Shown piece by piece: positions 1 through 11,265 of a stretch of 64,000 nt of DNA. The number at the start of each line of letters is the position of its first letter. Within the stretch, counting starts at the first letter, position 1. This stretch comes from Blastocladiella emersonii ATCC 22665 (lineage: Eukaryota > Fungi > Blastocladiomycota), in assembly GCA_025594325.1 (NCBI GenBank), contig JANHCV010000004.1, positions 1,426,001-1,490,000 of the forward strand. Direction: 5' to 3'. The notes beneath the pieces are model-generated. The model did not search any database. It was not told the origin of the DNA and saw nothing but the letters and a program-made list of their open reading frames with translations. Made by a program: the position numbers and the translations under genes.

Positions 1-1028
1 CCGAGGAGACACCGGCCGCGACCTCAGACGCCTTCGCCGTGGCAGATACGGTGCCGACGCCGGCAGCGGCCCCGTCGCCCACGTCGCGCGAGGCCTCGCT
101 TCTCTCGTGGTACTACTCGCAGTTCCGCCCGACTCGCCTGTACTCGCAGCCTCGCAGCGTGCCGCTCTCCCGCACCCCGGACCTGACGGTGCCCGGCCAC
201 GGCGCCATCTTCAACATCCGGTCGCTGCCCGAGGCGTGGGACGCCATGAGCGAGATCCTGCACCAGCGCGTCGACTGCGTCGGTGTCGACGCGGACGGGA
301 CTGAGCGGAACCTGATACTGACCATCGGGTACACGATCCCCGGCTCGCGCGAGGCGCGGTGCTTCGTGTTCGACTTTGAGGGCCTCACGCCGCCCGACAT
401 CTTCCCGTTCCGCGACTGCATCTCGCTGATCCTCACGCACCCGGGCATCGTCAAGGTGTTCCACAACTGCGCCGGTGATGGTAAGCGGATCCGCAGCGCT
501 GTCGAGATCGGCGATATATCGCCCGCCGAGGATCTCGGCGAGTGGATCCGGCACTGGGGCTTCGCGACGACGCAGGCGGGGGCTCACTTCAAGAAGTTCA
601 CGGCCAAGGTCGTGACGCGGACCTCGTTCAAAGTCCCCGGGATCGATGCGGCGGGTAAGAAGATAGATCCGCAGATCCAAACGCTCTTCGCGCCCGGCGT
701 CATCATGGGCCGCTGCGAGAACGGGACGTACGCTGCGCTCAACGAAGTACTTTCGGCGACGGGATGCCCGCAGAACCAGCGCAAGCCGCTCATCGCCTTA
801 GCCGGAAACGGTGGTGCCCGCAAGGAGGCGAAGCTACCCGGGCCGTCGTTCGGGCTGTCGGGCATTCCGCGCTCCCCGCAGTGGCTCGAGGAGCGCGGAT
901 GCGACGCGACCATGCTCGTTCCCGCGCGCAACGCCATTGAGACTCGGGTCCATGCGCTCAGGCGCTGGGCCGTGCAGAGCAGCACGGCCATGACCGTCAA
1001 TTCGGATTATGCTGCCCCGAAGGCATGA
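1..1028 (+). CDS. DnaQ-like (DEDD; WRN-exo/EXD/Egalitarian-type) 3'-5' exonuclease-fold protein, copy 1; 5' end probably outside the window
   Basis: ORF 39..1028 starts at GTG and the frame is open to the window edge. Motifs in WRN-exo order: VGVDADG (ExoI), FVFDF, HPGIVKVFHNCAGD (ExoII), AEDL, ALNEVL, PRSPQWLEERGCDA (ExoIII-like). No introns seen. Confidence 0.65.
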   Translation, partial: EETPAATSDAFAVADTVPTPAAAPSPTSREASLLSWYYSQFRPTRLYSQPRSVPLSRTPDLTVPGHGAIFNIRSLPEAWDAMSEILHQRVDCVGVDADGTERNLILTIGYTIPGSREARCFVFDFEGLTPPDIFPFRDCISLILTHPGIVKVFHNCAGDGKRIRSAVEIGDISPAEDLGEWIRHWGFATTQAGAHFKKFTAKVVTRTSFKVPGIDAAGKKIDPQIQTLFAPGVIMGRCENGTYAALNEVLSATGCPQNQRKPLIALAGNGGARKEAKLPGPSFGLSGIPRSPQWLEERGCDATMLVPARNAIETRVHALRRWAVQSSTAMTVNSDYAAPKA

Positions 1029-1373
1029 GCATTGGTTTCATGAGGTGCATACATGTATTTTATTGGTTCCATGTCGTGTCAACGTTTTCTTTGATTACCG
1101 AGGTCAGGAGGCGGGGTCGCTTCGTGTCTCGCGCGTGATGCGAGACGCGTCGCGAAAACACGTGACCCATGCAAAGGGAGTCCCTGGACGCGTTGGTTGG
1201 TTGGCGCTTGTCAAAGGAAACTTGCTTACCAAAGTCCAGGAGATCAAGCTTCTTTTAAGAGGCATGACGATGGTAAAACAGTGACGCAGAGCACGGGCAG
1301 CTGGCGGAGCTTCAAATAGGCCGCGGAACCAGGATGTTCGTTCATCATACTTGACACTGCAAACATTGATATC

Positions 1374-2495
1374 ATGAAACTAATAGCTGCTAGCCTTGGC
1401 GTTGTTCGCCAGCAATTTTGCGCCCATGCATTGCGTACCGGCGTACTGGGCCAGCTCCGACTGTGTTGTCCATTGACTCGTTCCGCTGCTCAGGCAGCAC
1501 CGCGCTTCTGGGCACGCTCTGCCCGGTCTATGGCATCATTTGCACCAGAGCCGCCTGCTGCGGAGCCGTTTCGCGGTGCTACGCTCTTTCCTTCGCAGAC
1601 CCCACAACTGTCCCTTTCACGCAGCGTGACGCGCGATCCAGACGTGGTCGTCCCCGGTCACGGCGTCGTCTTCAACATCCGCTCGCTGAACGAGGCGTGG
1701 GATGCCGTGGGCGAAATTGTGCACCGTGGCATCAGCAGCATCGGCGTCGACGCGGACGGCACCGAGGAGAACGTCATTCTTACGTTCGGGTACACGGTGC
1801 CCGGGACTCGCGAAGCGCGGTGCTTCACGCTTGATCTCGAGGGCCTCACGCAGGACGAGACCGCGCCGTTCCACGAGTGTGTCTCGCTGATCTTGTCGCA
1901 CCCGAACATCCTCAAGGTTTTCCACAACTGCCACGGCGACGGCCGACGGATCCACAGCTCTATCCCGATTGACATGATCGCGCCGGCCGAGGACCTTGGC
2001 GAGTGGGTCAGACTCTGGTGCGAGGAGTCGAAACAGGTGACGGCAAACGTGGAGGAGTTCAAGGAGGAGTTTGACGACAACGCCGATTCGGCCGGGTCAG
2101 ATTCGACGGGGAAGGCCGCGGGCGGTGGCCGGATCTCGTCGGCCCTCGCGCCAAGCCTGCTGATCGAGTACAACGACAACGGTTGGAGGATGGCGCTGAA
2201 CGAGACCCTGGCAGCTACAGGATGCCCGCAAAACCAGCGCAAGAAGCGCATATCGGTCAATGGCGTGGCTCACGGCATGAGACGTCAACCCATCTTTTCA
2301 TTGAAGCAGACGAGTGGGCTTTCCGGCATTCCGCGGTCGCCGACGTGGCTCGAAAAGCGCGGGTGCGATGTAAGCATGCTTGTTCTTGCGCGAAACACCA
2401 TCATCAAGTCCCGGATCGACACCCTCCGTGAGTGCCACGTCCAGCTGACGACGGCCATGACGGTCAACGCTGGGATCGCAGAGGAAGAGCTGTGA
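1374..2495 (+). CDS. DnaQ-like 3'-5' exonuclease-fold protein, copy 2 (tandem paralogue) with a possible mitochondrial presequence
   Basis: 373-aa intronless ORF, clearly paralogous to copy 1 (VPGHG.FNIRSL.EAWDA, IGVDADGTE, HPNILKVFHNCHGD, ATGCPQNQRK, GLSGIPRSP.WLE.RGCD, TAMTVN). The first ~55 aa are Arg-rich and lack acidic residues. Confidence 0.65.
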   Translation: MKLIAASLGVVRQQFCAHALRTGVLGQLRLCCPLTRSAAQAAPRFWARSARSMASFAPEPPAAEPFRGATLFPSQTPQLSLSRSVTRDPDVVVPGHGVVFNIRSLNEAWDAVGEIVHRGISSIGVDADGTEENVILTFGYTVPGTREARCFTLDLEGLTQDETAPFHECVSLILSHPNILKVFHNCHGDGRRIHSSIPIDMIAPAEDLGEWVRLWCEESKQVTANVEEFKEEFDDNADSAGSDSTGKAAGGGRISSALAPSLLIEYNDNGWRMALNETLAATGCPQNQRKKRISVNGVAHGMRRQPIFSLKQTSGLSGIPRSPTWLEKRGCDVSMLVLARNTIIKSRIDTLRECHVQLTTAMTVNAGIAEEEL

Positions 2496-2788
2496 GAGCG
2501 TTGTGATGTGACTGTTATACTCTTGATTTTATTGAATACTAGCGTGACTTGTTCTTCTCGTTCCGACTTGACCGCTTCGCGCACGCGTCCCGCGACTCGC
2601 GCAAGATTTGAGGCGCGTCGCCCATCTGATCGCTCACATGATTTCCTAACGCGTCTCAGTTCTGGCTGTGGAACAACGATTCATTTGAATGGATATTATA
2701 GTCCAAGATTATAATGAGCAACAATTTTCAATAAGGCAATCAAGGAACGACAGCGGGGAGCACATGCGAATTCGAAGGAGGTTGAGGA

Positions 2789-4174
2789 TCACTTGGAATC
2801 ATCAGAAACGCGTCCGTACTCGCCGTTGAGAATCGTTAGCGCTTCCGGCCCAGCACGTTCGCGGCCGTTGATGGGAAACAACGGCATGAAGAGAGCCGAC
2901 TCCAGCTCGGGGTTCAGCTCGCTATAGTAGCTGGCGTTGAAGCGCGAATCAATAGACCAGCCTTCGGGGTACGGAGGGGGGGGGGGTGGTCATGGTTGCG
3001 CGGCCAAGGTAGGCCGCGAAGCCGTCAAGCTCTTCGTCGCACAGCTCGATGGTATGCGTGTATCCGGCCCTGGACGCGCCAGCCTTCCCGCCAACGACAA
3101 GGTTGTGGCGAGCTTTCGCGAACAGCGAAGCGAGGTTTGGGCTACCAGGATCAGATCCAAGCGACCAGCCAAAAGCAAAGCTGTCCACAATGGCAATGGT
3201 GGTCTCCGTGCCCGGACCGTGCCGGTCAATGAGGACAAGGTCGTTGAGAACAAGCACGCCAAAAAGACCGCGGTCAGTGTGCTGGATCTCGAGAACGCGC
3301 GTGCCGGAGTGCATAAGTGTTCAAAGATGGAGTTGACCGCGAGAAGAACTCGATTGGCCCACATCTCCCGCGTGTTTTGCAGCGATTGTGGGAGAGCGAC
3401 GTCTCTCATCGAAAGCGAGAGCGCGGTGCGAGCAACACAAGCCTCCGAACCAAGCTGATTGTGCAAAGTCGTGTAGCTGCCAATGCGAGGCGGATTCACG
3501 TTCAATCCAGCTCTGGAAGAAGCGACTGAGAGGACTCGAGCAAGCTTCAGCACCACGCGGTCCTGTTTGCGCAAAACGGTCATGTTGTCCACGCGTACAG
3601 GGGTGCACAAGCGCACGACTTGGCGCTGCCCGTCAACAAGAGTGACGGCAGCGCCTTTCGCGCCTGCAGCCTCCTTGTCTGAGAGCAGTGTGAGCTCGAC
3701 TGAAGACTCCTTGCCAGGCGGGAGCGCAAGTACAAGCTCGATGGTGTCACGCTTGGGCTCGGTAGCGCAAAGAACAGCAAGCGGCCAGGACTCAGAAACG
3801 GACGGAACCGGTGGGCGCGATTCAATGATTCCGGTCAGTGTAGCAACGAACAAGTCAGCTGGAAATGGAGTAACAAGCGCGTCGGAAAGGACAAGCATTC
3901 TCCCGCCAAGGAGCCCGCGTGGGCGGGTACAAGGCTTCAAGAACTCGCGATAGACGGCAAACGGAAGCCTGCAGTTCAATGAAAACGACGCGGGAGGATA
4001 AAAGCTCACGGAAACACGCGAGAATAGCCGGTCCAGTGACCGAAGCGGAGGAGGGACCGCGGGCGCCGTGGGCACCGACCACACAGGCGGGTTCGGAGCC
4101 GGCCGCGGCGGGGACGGCGACGACGGCTTTGACGTCCGCTTTGCATTAGCGTTCTTCTTTGGTTTATGCTTCAT
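2789..4174 (-). pseudogene. Hypothetical protein interrupted by two apparent compensating frameshifts (near 3316 and at the G11 run 2976-2986)
   Basis: The frame from 4174 reads naturally to IFEHL (~3316). ORF 2949..3314 then reads naturally (MHSGTRVLEIQH...GRATMTT). Removing one G from the G11 run continues PPPYPEGWSIDSRF...DDSK* to a stop at 2791-2789. Family not recognised. Confidence 0.45.
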
Positions 4175-4257
4175 GGTAGTGGGTCAGGGACAGCGGGGAG
4201 GTCGCGGACGGGCAAGCGAGTTCATCAAGCGGAACTGAGGCCCTCCCATGTGACCCC

Positions 4258-4273
4258 TCACATGATATCGCGA
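4258..4273 (+). promoter_or_regulatory. Putative promoter element TCACATGATATCGCGA (E-box-like plus CGCG)
   Basis: Lies in the divergent intergenic region 4174-4604. An identical 16-mer is at 58045-58060 and a variant (GCGATATCACGTGA) at 56207-56220. Confidence 0.35.
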
Positions 4274-4603
4274 TGCGTCTCTCATGTCTCGCGTCCCCTC
4301 CCCAGTTCCCTTGCCCTCGCCCAAGCTTTCGCTCTCGCACTGCGCCATGCGCGCTTCCGACGCCGAGTCGTTGAGCTCGAGTCTCGGCGAGTCCCTCTGG
4401 CGCCTGGTGGGCTCGAGGTCGGCGAGAGAAGTGCGCTAGGTGTAACTGATGCCCGCGACAGTGCTCTGGTCTCGTACGGGAGCCATGGTGCACGACAGGT
4501 CCTTGCCACAACTTGAGCGTGTAGTTCGGCGACCACAACCGACACCAGCGCTAGCGACTGACGGTCGCTCCCCTGGTCGCTCCCGCTCTCCAGCTCGCCC
4601 ATC

Positions 4604-5390
4604 ATGTATCTTCGGTTCACGCGGTTGGCGCTCGCGACTCGCCGCAACGTAGCCGTCCGGACGCTGTCCTGCGGCGTCCACGGGCAACCGGTGGTGCCGT
4701 CGAGATTGGGATCATGGCCGCAACAGCAGCGGTGGTCGTCGACCGGGGTGAACGACGCGCCGGCTGGCGAACCCATTGCTGCTGCTGCGCCACAGCAGGA
4801 GCTCAAGAAGGCGACCAAGGCGGCCCCAGCGCCGAAGCCGATCCCGATCGAGATCCGTGAGGAGGACCTCGAGGAGAAGTTCGTCAAGGGTGGCGGAAAC
4901 GGCGGGCAGAAGGTGAACAAGGCACGTAGCGACGCCATGCAGGATGTGGCCTGCCGGTCCATGCACCTCGCTGCATGGCTTGCAGCACGCTCACGGCGCG
5001 TGCGCGCGTGCTGACGAGCTCCTTCGCGCGACGCGTGTTGTGTAGACGTCCAACTGCGTGCTGCTGACGCACAAGCCGACGGGGATCCAGGTGCGGTGCC
5101 ACGAGACGCGGTCCTTGTCCGACAACCGGCGGATCGCGCGCAAGCTGCTGCGGCAGAAGCTGGACGACCACGTCAACGGCGAGCTGAGCAAGCGCAACCA
5201 GAAGGAGGCGGCCGAGCGGCGCAAGAAGCTCAAGAAGGCGCAGAAGGCGAGGAAGAAGTACGCCGCCGCCGCCGGCGACACGACGACGCATACGGCAATG
5301 AGTCCCGAGAGCTCGTTGTCGTCGCCATCGGCGGTGGACGCGAACCCGGCGGCCGTGGGGTCTGAGGAAGCCAAGTCGAGGGCAGCGTGA
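4604..5390 (+). CDS. MTRFR: Mitochondrial class I peptide release factor homologue (C12orf65/MTRFR-like); exons 4604-4921, 5046-5390
   Basis: EDLEEKFVKGGGNGGQKVNK|TSNCVLLTHKPTGIQVRCHETRSL..NR.IARK.L (GGQ domain), basic C-terminal helix, Arg-rich presequence. The join needs a GC-AG intron 4922-5045. Confidence 0.85.
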
Positions 5391-6234
5391 GAAGTCGGAT
5401 GGAGCTGGAGTTGCAGCGTGTGGCGATCCCTGATCGATCGGCCCTCAGCACCGCCTCCGAGCCCGTCACAACATGATGAGTCGTGTGTTTAACCTTAAAA
5501 TACGCAGCGGCGGAGATGAGATGGAGGCGAGGAAGCAAACTGATGGAAGGGAAGGGCCGCAGCGAGAAGAACAAGGGCGGTGTTGCTCGAGGAATCCGCC
5601 GGGTCGCCGCGCCCCGGCCTGCCCCGCGTCCAAGTCCGCCAAGGCCGGCGAGCCGACGCCGCCGACGACGGCGAAGGGTAGGACGACGTGATCGGCGCTG
5701 ATCCACTCGTTGGAGACGAGGTCGCCGTGTCGGCAGTGAGCACGTCACCGCCGTGCTGGCAGACGAGTCGAGCGGGACGTGGGTGGCGGGTGGCCGAGTC
5801 CGCGTCGCGTCTTGCCCCCGCTTCGTTTTGCTACGGAGCGCGCTCATTGGTCCGCCGCACCGCCACGCAATTTTTGCGCCATCAGTGGGGAAAAAACTCG
5901 GCGGGCGCCGGCGCCGGCGCCCGACCGAAAACGTGACGCGTGCAGCGGCGTTGAGGCGGCCCGTGCGGGGTCGCGTCGCGTCCCCAACTTTCTCGCCTCC
6001 GCAGACCCGCCCGTGCCCGAGCCCGCCTGCCCGCCCGCCCCGCCGCCAAGTATAAAGCGTAGCCGCCCCCCCCGCCGCCTCCCTGCCTTGATCCGCTCAC
6101 CCACCTCTCCCTCTCCGGATACACAACGAGGCCGTCCGTTCGTGGCGACCGATCCATCCGACCCTCCCCCTCCCTCCCTCTCCTACACTCGTGTCTGCGA
6201 GCCCGCATACCCGACCACCACCGCCATCGCCACC

Positions 6235-9200
6235 ATGACCACCGTCGCGTCCAACGGCCGCCAGGGCCACTCGGGCTACACCGAGAACATCTTCGACGGC
6301 AAGCAGGAGCAGATGCTCAACGTGGCCAACCACATTGCCGAGAAGGGCTTCATCCCCAAGGAGCTCGTCCAGTCCGAGGTCCAGTGGTTCTACACGTACG
6401 CCGCGCCGCCGCTGCGCTTCTCCCGCCCGGGTCGCGCGAGAACGGCACGCTGACGCGCCGCCCGCGACCCTCCCGTGTAGCAACCTCGGCATCGATGACA
6501 TGTACTTCATGCTCGAGTCGGTCGAGACGATCGCCAACCACATCATGGCCCTGTACGGCGCCAAGATCTTCGCCTTCACCAAGAACGAGAACGTGCTCGA
6601 CATCAACCTCGAGCGCGAGACCGAGGCCGGCGCCGTCTACATCCACACGTCGCGCCCCGGCGTCTCCACCACCACCGGCCCACAGGTCGAGCGTCGGTAC
6701 GTTCTCCGCCGCTGCTCTCCCCACGGCGCGTGCGCGTGCGAGCGGGTGCGGCACGTTCGACACGGTCAACAAGCGCGCTCCGCGTGGCCCGACCGTCTCC
6801 CGCTCGCTCGCCACCGCATCGCGCGTGTCGTGCTGCCCTTGTTCCGTTTCCCGCCGCGTTTGACGTTTCGGACGAGCGCGGCGGCGGGCAAACGGTCGCA
6901 CGCACTCGCGCGCATGCACGCACGCATGCACCGCCGTCGAATTCGATCACGCCATGGAATGAAACGCGTCGCTCACCCGCCCGTTCGCCCGCCCTTCGTA
7001 GCATCGACAACAAGTACCTCGACAACTCGTCGACCGACAAGGCGTACCGCCTCGAGACGTACCGCTCGCTCGGGACCGTGTCGAGCAACCTGGCCACGCA
7101 GCTGCGCTGCTACTTCGTGACGCAGTGCCAGTTCGCCAAGCCGACGCCGACGGCCGAGGAGGCGACCGACATCCGCCTCGTGGCCGACAAGGCGTTCCTC
7201 GAGAAGGCGACGGAGAACACGCTCGACGTGTACCAGAATGTGATGCGCCAGGTGCTGGCGCGCACGGGCCCCGTCATCGAGATGTTCGAGGTCGAGGGCT
7301 CGCGCGAGAAGCGCCTCGTCATCGGCTACCAGCAGCGCTCGACGCGCACCTTCTTCTCGGCCATGTCGGACCTGTACCACTACTACGACCTGTACTCGAC
7401 GCGCAAGTACGTCGAGCAGTTCTCCAACGGCGTCACCATCATGTCGCTCTACCTCAACCCGATCCCCAACTCCAAGGCCCCGCCGATCGAGCACTCCATC
7501 TACCAGGTCATCAAGGAGGCGTCGCTCATCTACTGCCTGCCCACCACCCCGCTCCAGTCCTTCTTCCAGACGGGCAAGCTCTCGGTCCAGGAGGCCATCT
7601 ACGGCTACGTCGGCTGGATCTTCTCGCAGCACTTCCTCAACCGCCTCGGCTCCGAGTACGCGACGCTCACCTCTCTTCTCGACGCCAAGAACTCGGCTCA
7701 CGTCGAGGTGCTGACCAAGATGAAGAAGCGCCTGCGCTCGGACACGTTCACGCGCGAGTACATTCTCGACATCATCAAGCTGTACCCCGACCTGGTCAAG
7801 TCGCTCTACGTCAACTTTGCCATGACCCACTACGTCGGCCAGCAGGAGACGCAGATCCGCCCGTCGCTGTCGTACCAGCGCATCCGCACCGACCACGTGC
7901 TCACGGACGCGCAGCTCGCCGACAAGATCAAGAAGACCGTGTCCAACAACCACGAGCTCATGGTGTTCGAGGCCTTCCTCGCCTTCAACCAGCACGTGCT
8001 CAAGACCAACTTCTACCAGCCCACCAAGGTGGCGCTGTCGTTCCGCCTGGACCCCTCGTTCCTGCCCGCCATCGAGTACCCGCTCAAGCCGTTCGGCATG
8101 TTCCTCGTGGTCGGCGCCGAGTTCCGCGGCTTCCACGTCCGGTTCCGCGACATTGCCCGCGGCGGCATCCGCGTGATCCGCTCGCGCAACAACGAGGCGT
8201 ACTCGATCAATCTGCGCTCGCTCTTCGACGAGAACTACGCGCTCGCCAACACGCAGCAGCGCAAGAACAAGGACATCCCCGAGGGCGGGTCCAAGGGCAC
8301 CATCCTGCTCGACATGAACGCCCAGGACAAGCCGCGCGTCGCCTTCGAGAAGTACGTGGACTCGATCCTCGACCTGCTCATCACGGGCCAGTCGCCCGGC
8401 ATCAAGGAGACGATCGTCGACCGCTACGGCCTGCCCGAAATCCTCTTCTTCGGTCCCGACGAGGGCACCGCCGACTTCATGGACTGGGCGTCGCAGCACG
8501 CGCGCAAGCGCGAGGCCTCGTTCTGGAAGGCCTTCACCACCGGCAAGTCGCAGTCGCTCGGCGGCATCCCGCACGACCTGTACGGCATGACCACGCGCTC
8601 GGTGCACCAGTACGTGGTCGGCATCCTGGCCAAGCTCGGCATCGACGAGTCGACCATCACCAAGATGCAGACGGGCGGCCCCGACGGCGATCTCGGCTCC
8701 AACGAGATCAAGATCTCCAAGGACAAGACGATCGGCATCGTTGACGGCTCCGGTGTCCTGTACGACCCCGTCGGCATCGACCGCACCGAGCTCACGCGCC
8801 TCGCCACCGAGCGCAAGATGATCGCGCACTTTGACATCAAGAAGTTGTCGCCGCAGGGCTTCCGCGTCCTCATCGACGACACGGAGGTGACGCTCCCCGA
8901 CGGCACCGTGGTCTCGAACGGCCTCGCGTTCCGCAACGAGTTCCACCTCAAGGGCGAGTACGCCGGGACCCTGTTCGTGCCGTGCGGTGGCCGCCCCGAG
9001 GCCGTCGACATCTCGAACGTGCACAACCTGCTCAACGAGGACGGCTCGTCGCGCTACAAGTACATTGTCGAGGGCGCCAACCTGTTCTTCACGCAGGAGG
9101 CGCGACTCCGCCTCGAGAAGGCGGGCGCCATCATCTTCAAGGACGCGTCGGCCAACAAGGGCGGTGTGACGTCGTCGTCGCTCGAGGTGCTCGCCGCCCT

Positions 9201-9672
9201 GGCCTTCAACGACGCCGAGTTCGACCAGCACATGTGCGTCAAGAACGGCGTCGTGCCCGAGTTCTACGCCAAGTACATCCACGAGGTGCACGAGATCATC
9301 GAGCGCAACGCGGCCAACGAGTTCGAGTGCATCTGGCGCGAGTCGCAGGCGTCGGGCGCGTCGCGCGCCGTGGTGTCGGACGAGGTGTCGTTCGCCATCG
9401 TCAAGCTCAACGAGGAGCTCCAGCACACGTCGCTGTGGGAGAACCTGGCGCTCCGCCGCCTCGTGCTCCAGGCCGCGCTCCCGCGCCTGCTCCAGGAGAA
9501 GCTCGGCCTCGACACGCTCGTGGCGCGCCTCCCCGAGACGTACACGCGCGCCATCTTCGGCGCCTACCTCGCGTCCCGCTTCGTCTACACGTACGGCACC
9601 AGCCCCTCGCAGTTCGCCTTCTTCGAGTACATCTCGCCCCTCTTCGCCAAGATCGCCGCCCAGCAGCAGTAA
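6235..9672 (+). CDS. GDH2: NAD-specific glutamate dehydrogenase (large fungal type); exons 6235-6395, 6481-6696, 7002-9672
   Basis: FRGFHVRFRDIARGGIRVIRS, NKDIPEGGSKG, GPDEGTAD, GGPDGDLGSNEI, PCGGRP, EGANLF, DASANKGGVTSSSLEV. GT-AG introns restore one frame. Confidence 0.97.
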
Positions 9673-10119
9673 GGCGCGCCGGTCCCGAGTGTGTGATGGT
9701 CATGTGTGTGTGTTTCTTTATTTGCAGTAGATAGCTCTTCTTTATCATCATCTTGGTCTCCTCGTCTCGTCGTTCATCTCGACTGTTGCCTTCGTCCATG
9801 TCTCGCGGCAGAGTCCGCTCAAACGCAAGAACTTGGCGACGATGGCCACGACCACAGTCGATGACTTCAGTTCCCGCGCGACGAGCGCGGCTGCTCAATC
9901 AACGCCGCCACGGCAGTGCTCGTCAACGTAACCGTGAATGAACTCAAGCGCGATGCCGTGTACGTTGCGTGTTGAATCCTCGGGAGACCCGTTGGTGGCC
10001 GTGCGACGAGCGACGCGTCGACGACCGTGTGGCGCAGCGCGTCCCTCCCCGCCCCCGCACCCGCCGCCCGAGAGGTTGCGTGCAAGAAGTATATATATAA
10101 CAAATGCGCTCATCGTGAC

Positions 10120-11265
10120 TCACTTGAGCATCCGCCGCGTCTTACGGTTCGCAGCCTGGACGCGGCCCGCGACGCGGTCGACCTCGTCGCGGGTCTCGTC
10201 GATCATCTGGTTCTGCGCCTCGAGCTCGTCGTTCATGGTGGTCCCGATCTGCTTCAGCCGGCCGACCACGGCGCCAATCTCCTGGATCACCGAGTCCTGC
10301 TCGGCCATGGTCGCGTGCTGCAGCTGCACGAGATCGGAATTGGTCGCGCCCGCGAGGTCGACGCGCGGCGAAGACGCGTACGCGCCTGGTGCGGCACCGG
10401 GAAACGCGCCGGGGATCCCCGCTGAGCCCGTGGGGCGGCCGACGGTGCGCCGTGGCGGGTGGTCGGACCGCGCGGGCGTCGAAGGTGCCGCAGTTGTTGA
10501 TGCCGCGCTCGCGTTCCCGAACAGCGACGACGTGACGTTGAGCCGCTGCTGGACCGCAATCACCTCCTGGCGCGCCGACAGCAGCAGGTTGCTCCGCCGC
10601 ACGCGTTCCTTGGGCGAGATCCCGCCGGGTCCCGGTGCGCCGGCCGCCGTCGCTTCTGAGAGCCCGGCCTCGAGCTGACCGAGCTCAATCAGCAGCTCGT
10701 CCGCCTCGACGGCCGCATGCGACGCGACGCGCTGCGCGCGCATCGAGTCGCCCGCCGCCAGTAGCGAGTCGCGCTCGATACACGCCTTGCGCAGGTCGAC
10801 GATGCGGCCCTGCGCGTGCTGTAGCCGCTCGAGCCACGACGCGGGGCCCGTCAGTGCGCCGCCGTTGCTCGTGCGCCGGCCGTGGGGACCAGCGCCGCCG
10901 CGCTGCAGCTGCGTGAGCGTCGCGACGTCGAGCCCGAGGAATTCGGCGAGCTGCGGCGACGTGGCGAACGGCGGCGTCGAGACCAGCGTCGTCAGGTACT
11001 GCGCGAGCGACCGCTGCCGCGCCGCCACCACGGCCGTCGAGTTCTTGAACAGCGACCGGCCCGGCAGGCCCGCCGTGTCGAGGACGTGCCGGTGCACCGG
11101 GTACGCGGCCGCGAGGTCCGAGTGGAGTTTCGAGACCTCGCTGTACCGCCGCAGCACGCCGCCCGCGGCACTGCCCGCAGGGTACACGACCTCGGCGACC
11201 TGGATGCGGTAGAAGGTCACGCCGTCGCGTAGCTCTGTCGCCGGGATGAGCACCACGTTGCTCAT
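10120..11265 (-). CDS. VAM7: Soluble PX + Qc-SNARE protein (Vam7-like)
   Basis: N-terminal PX domain (TFYRIQV..LRRYSEVSKLHSDL..LPGRSLF..ARQRSLAQYL) and C-terminal SNARE motif (EQDSVIQEIGAVVGRLKQIGTTMNDELEAQNQMIDE) with no TM helix before the stop. ATG at 11265. Confidence 0.8.
   Translation of the reverse strand: MSNVVLIPATELRDGVTFYRIQVAEVVYPAGSAAGGVLRRYSEVSKLHSDLAAAYPVHRHVLDTAGLPGRSLFKNSTAVVAARQRSLAQYLTTLVSTPPFATSPQLAEFLGLDVATLTQLQRGGAGPHGRRTSNGGALTGPASWLERLQHAQGRIVDLRKACIERDSLLAAGDSMRAQRVASHAAVEADELLIELGQLEAGLSEATAAGAPGPGGISPKERVRRSNLLLSARQEVIAVQQRLNVTSSLFGNASAASTTAAPSTPARSDHPPRRTVGRPTGSAGIPGAFPGAAPGAYASSPRVDLAGATNSDLVQLQHATMAEQDSVIQEIGAVVGRLKQIGTTMNDELEAQNQMIDETRDEVDRVAGRVQAANRKTRRMLK

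Noticed and set aside
1-4174. Endogenous giant-virus or prophage-like island at the left end
   Set aside because: Intronless and somewhat lower GC, but no capsid, polymerase, packaging ATPase, integrase or boundary repeats visible.
6973-9426. 817-aa antisense ORF over GDH2
   Set aside because: Shadow frame of a high-GC3 gene; the sense strand has all GDH motifs and the antisense product has none.
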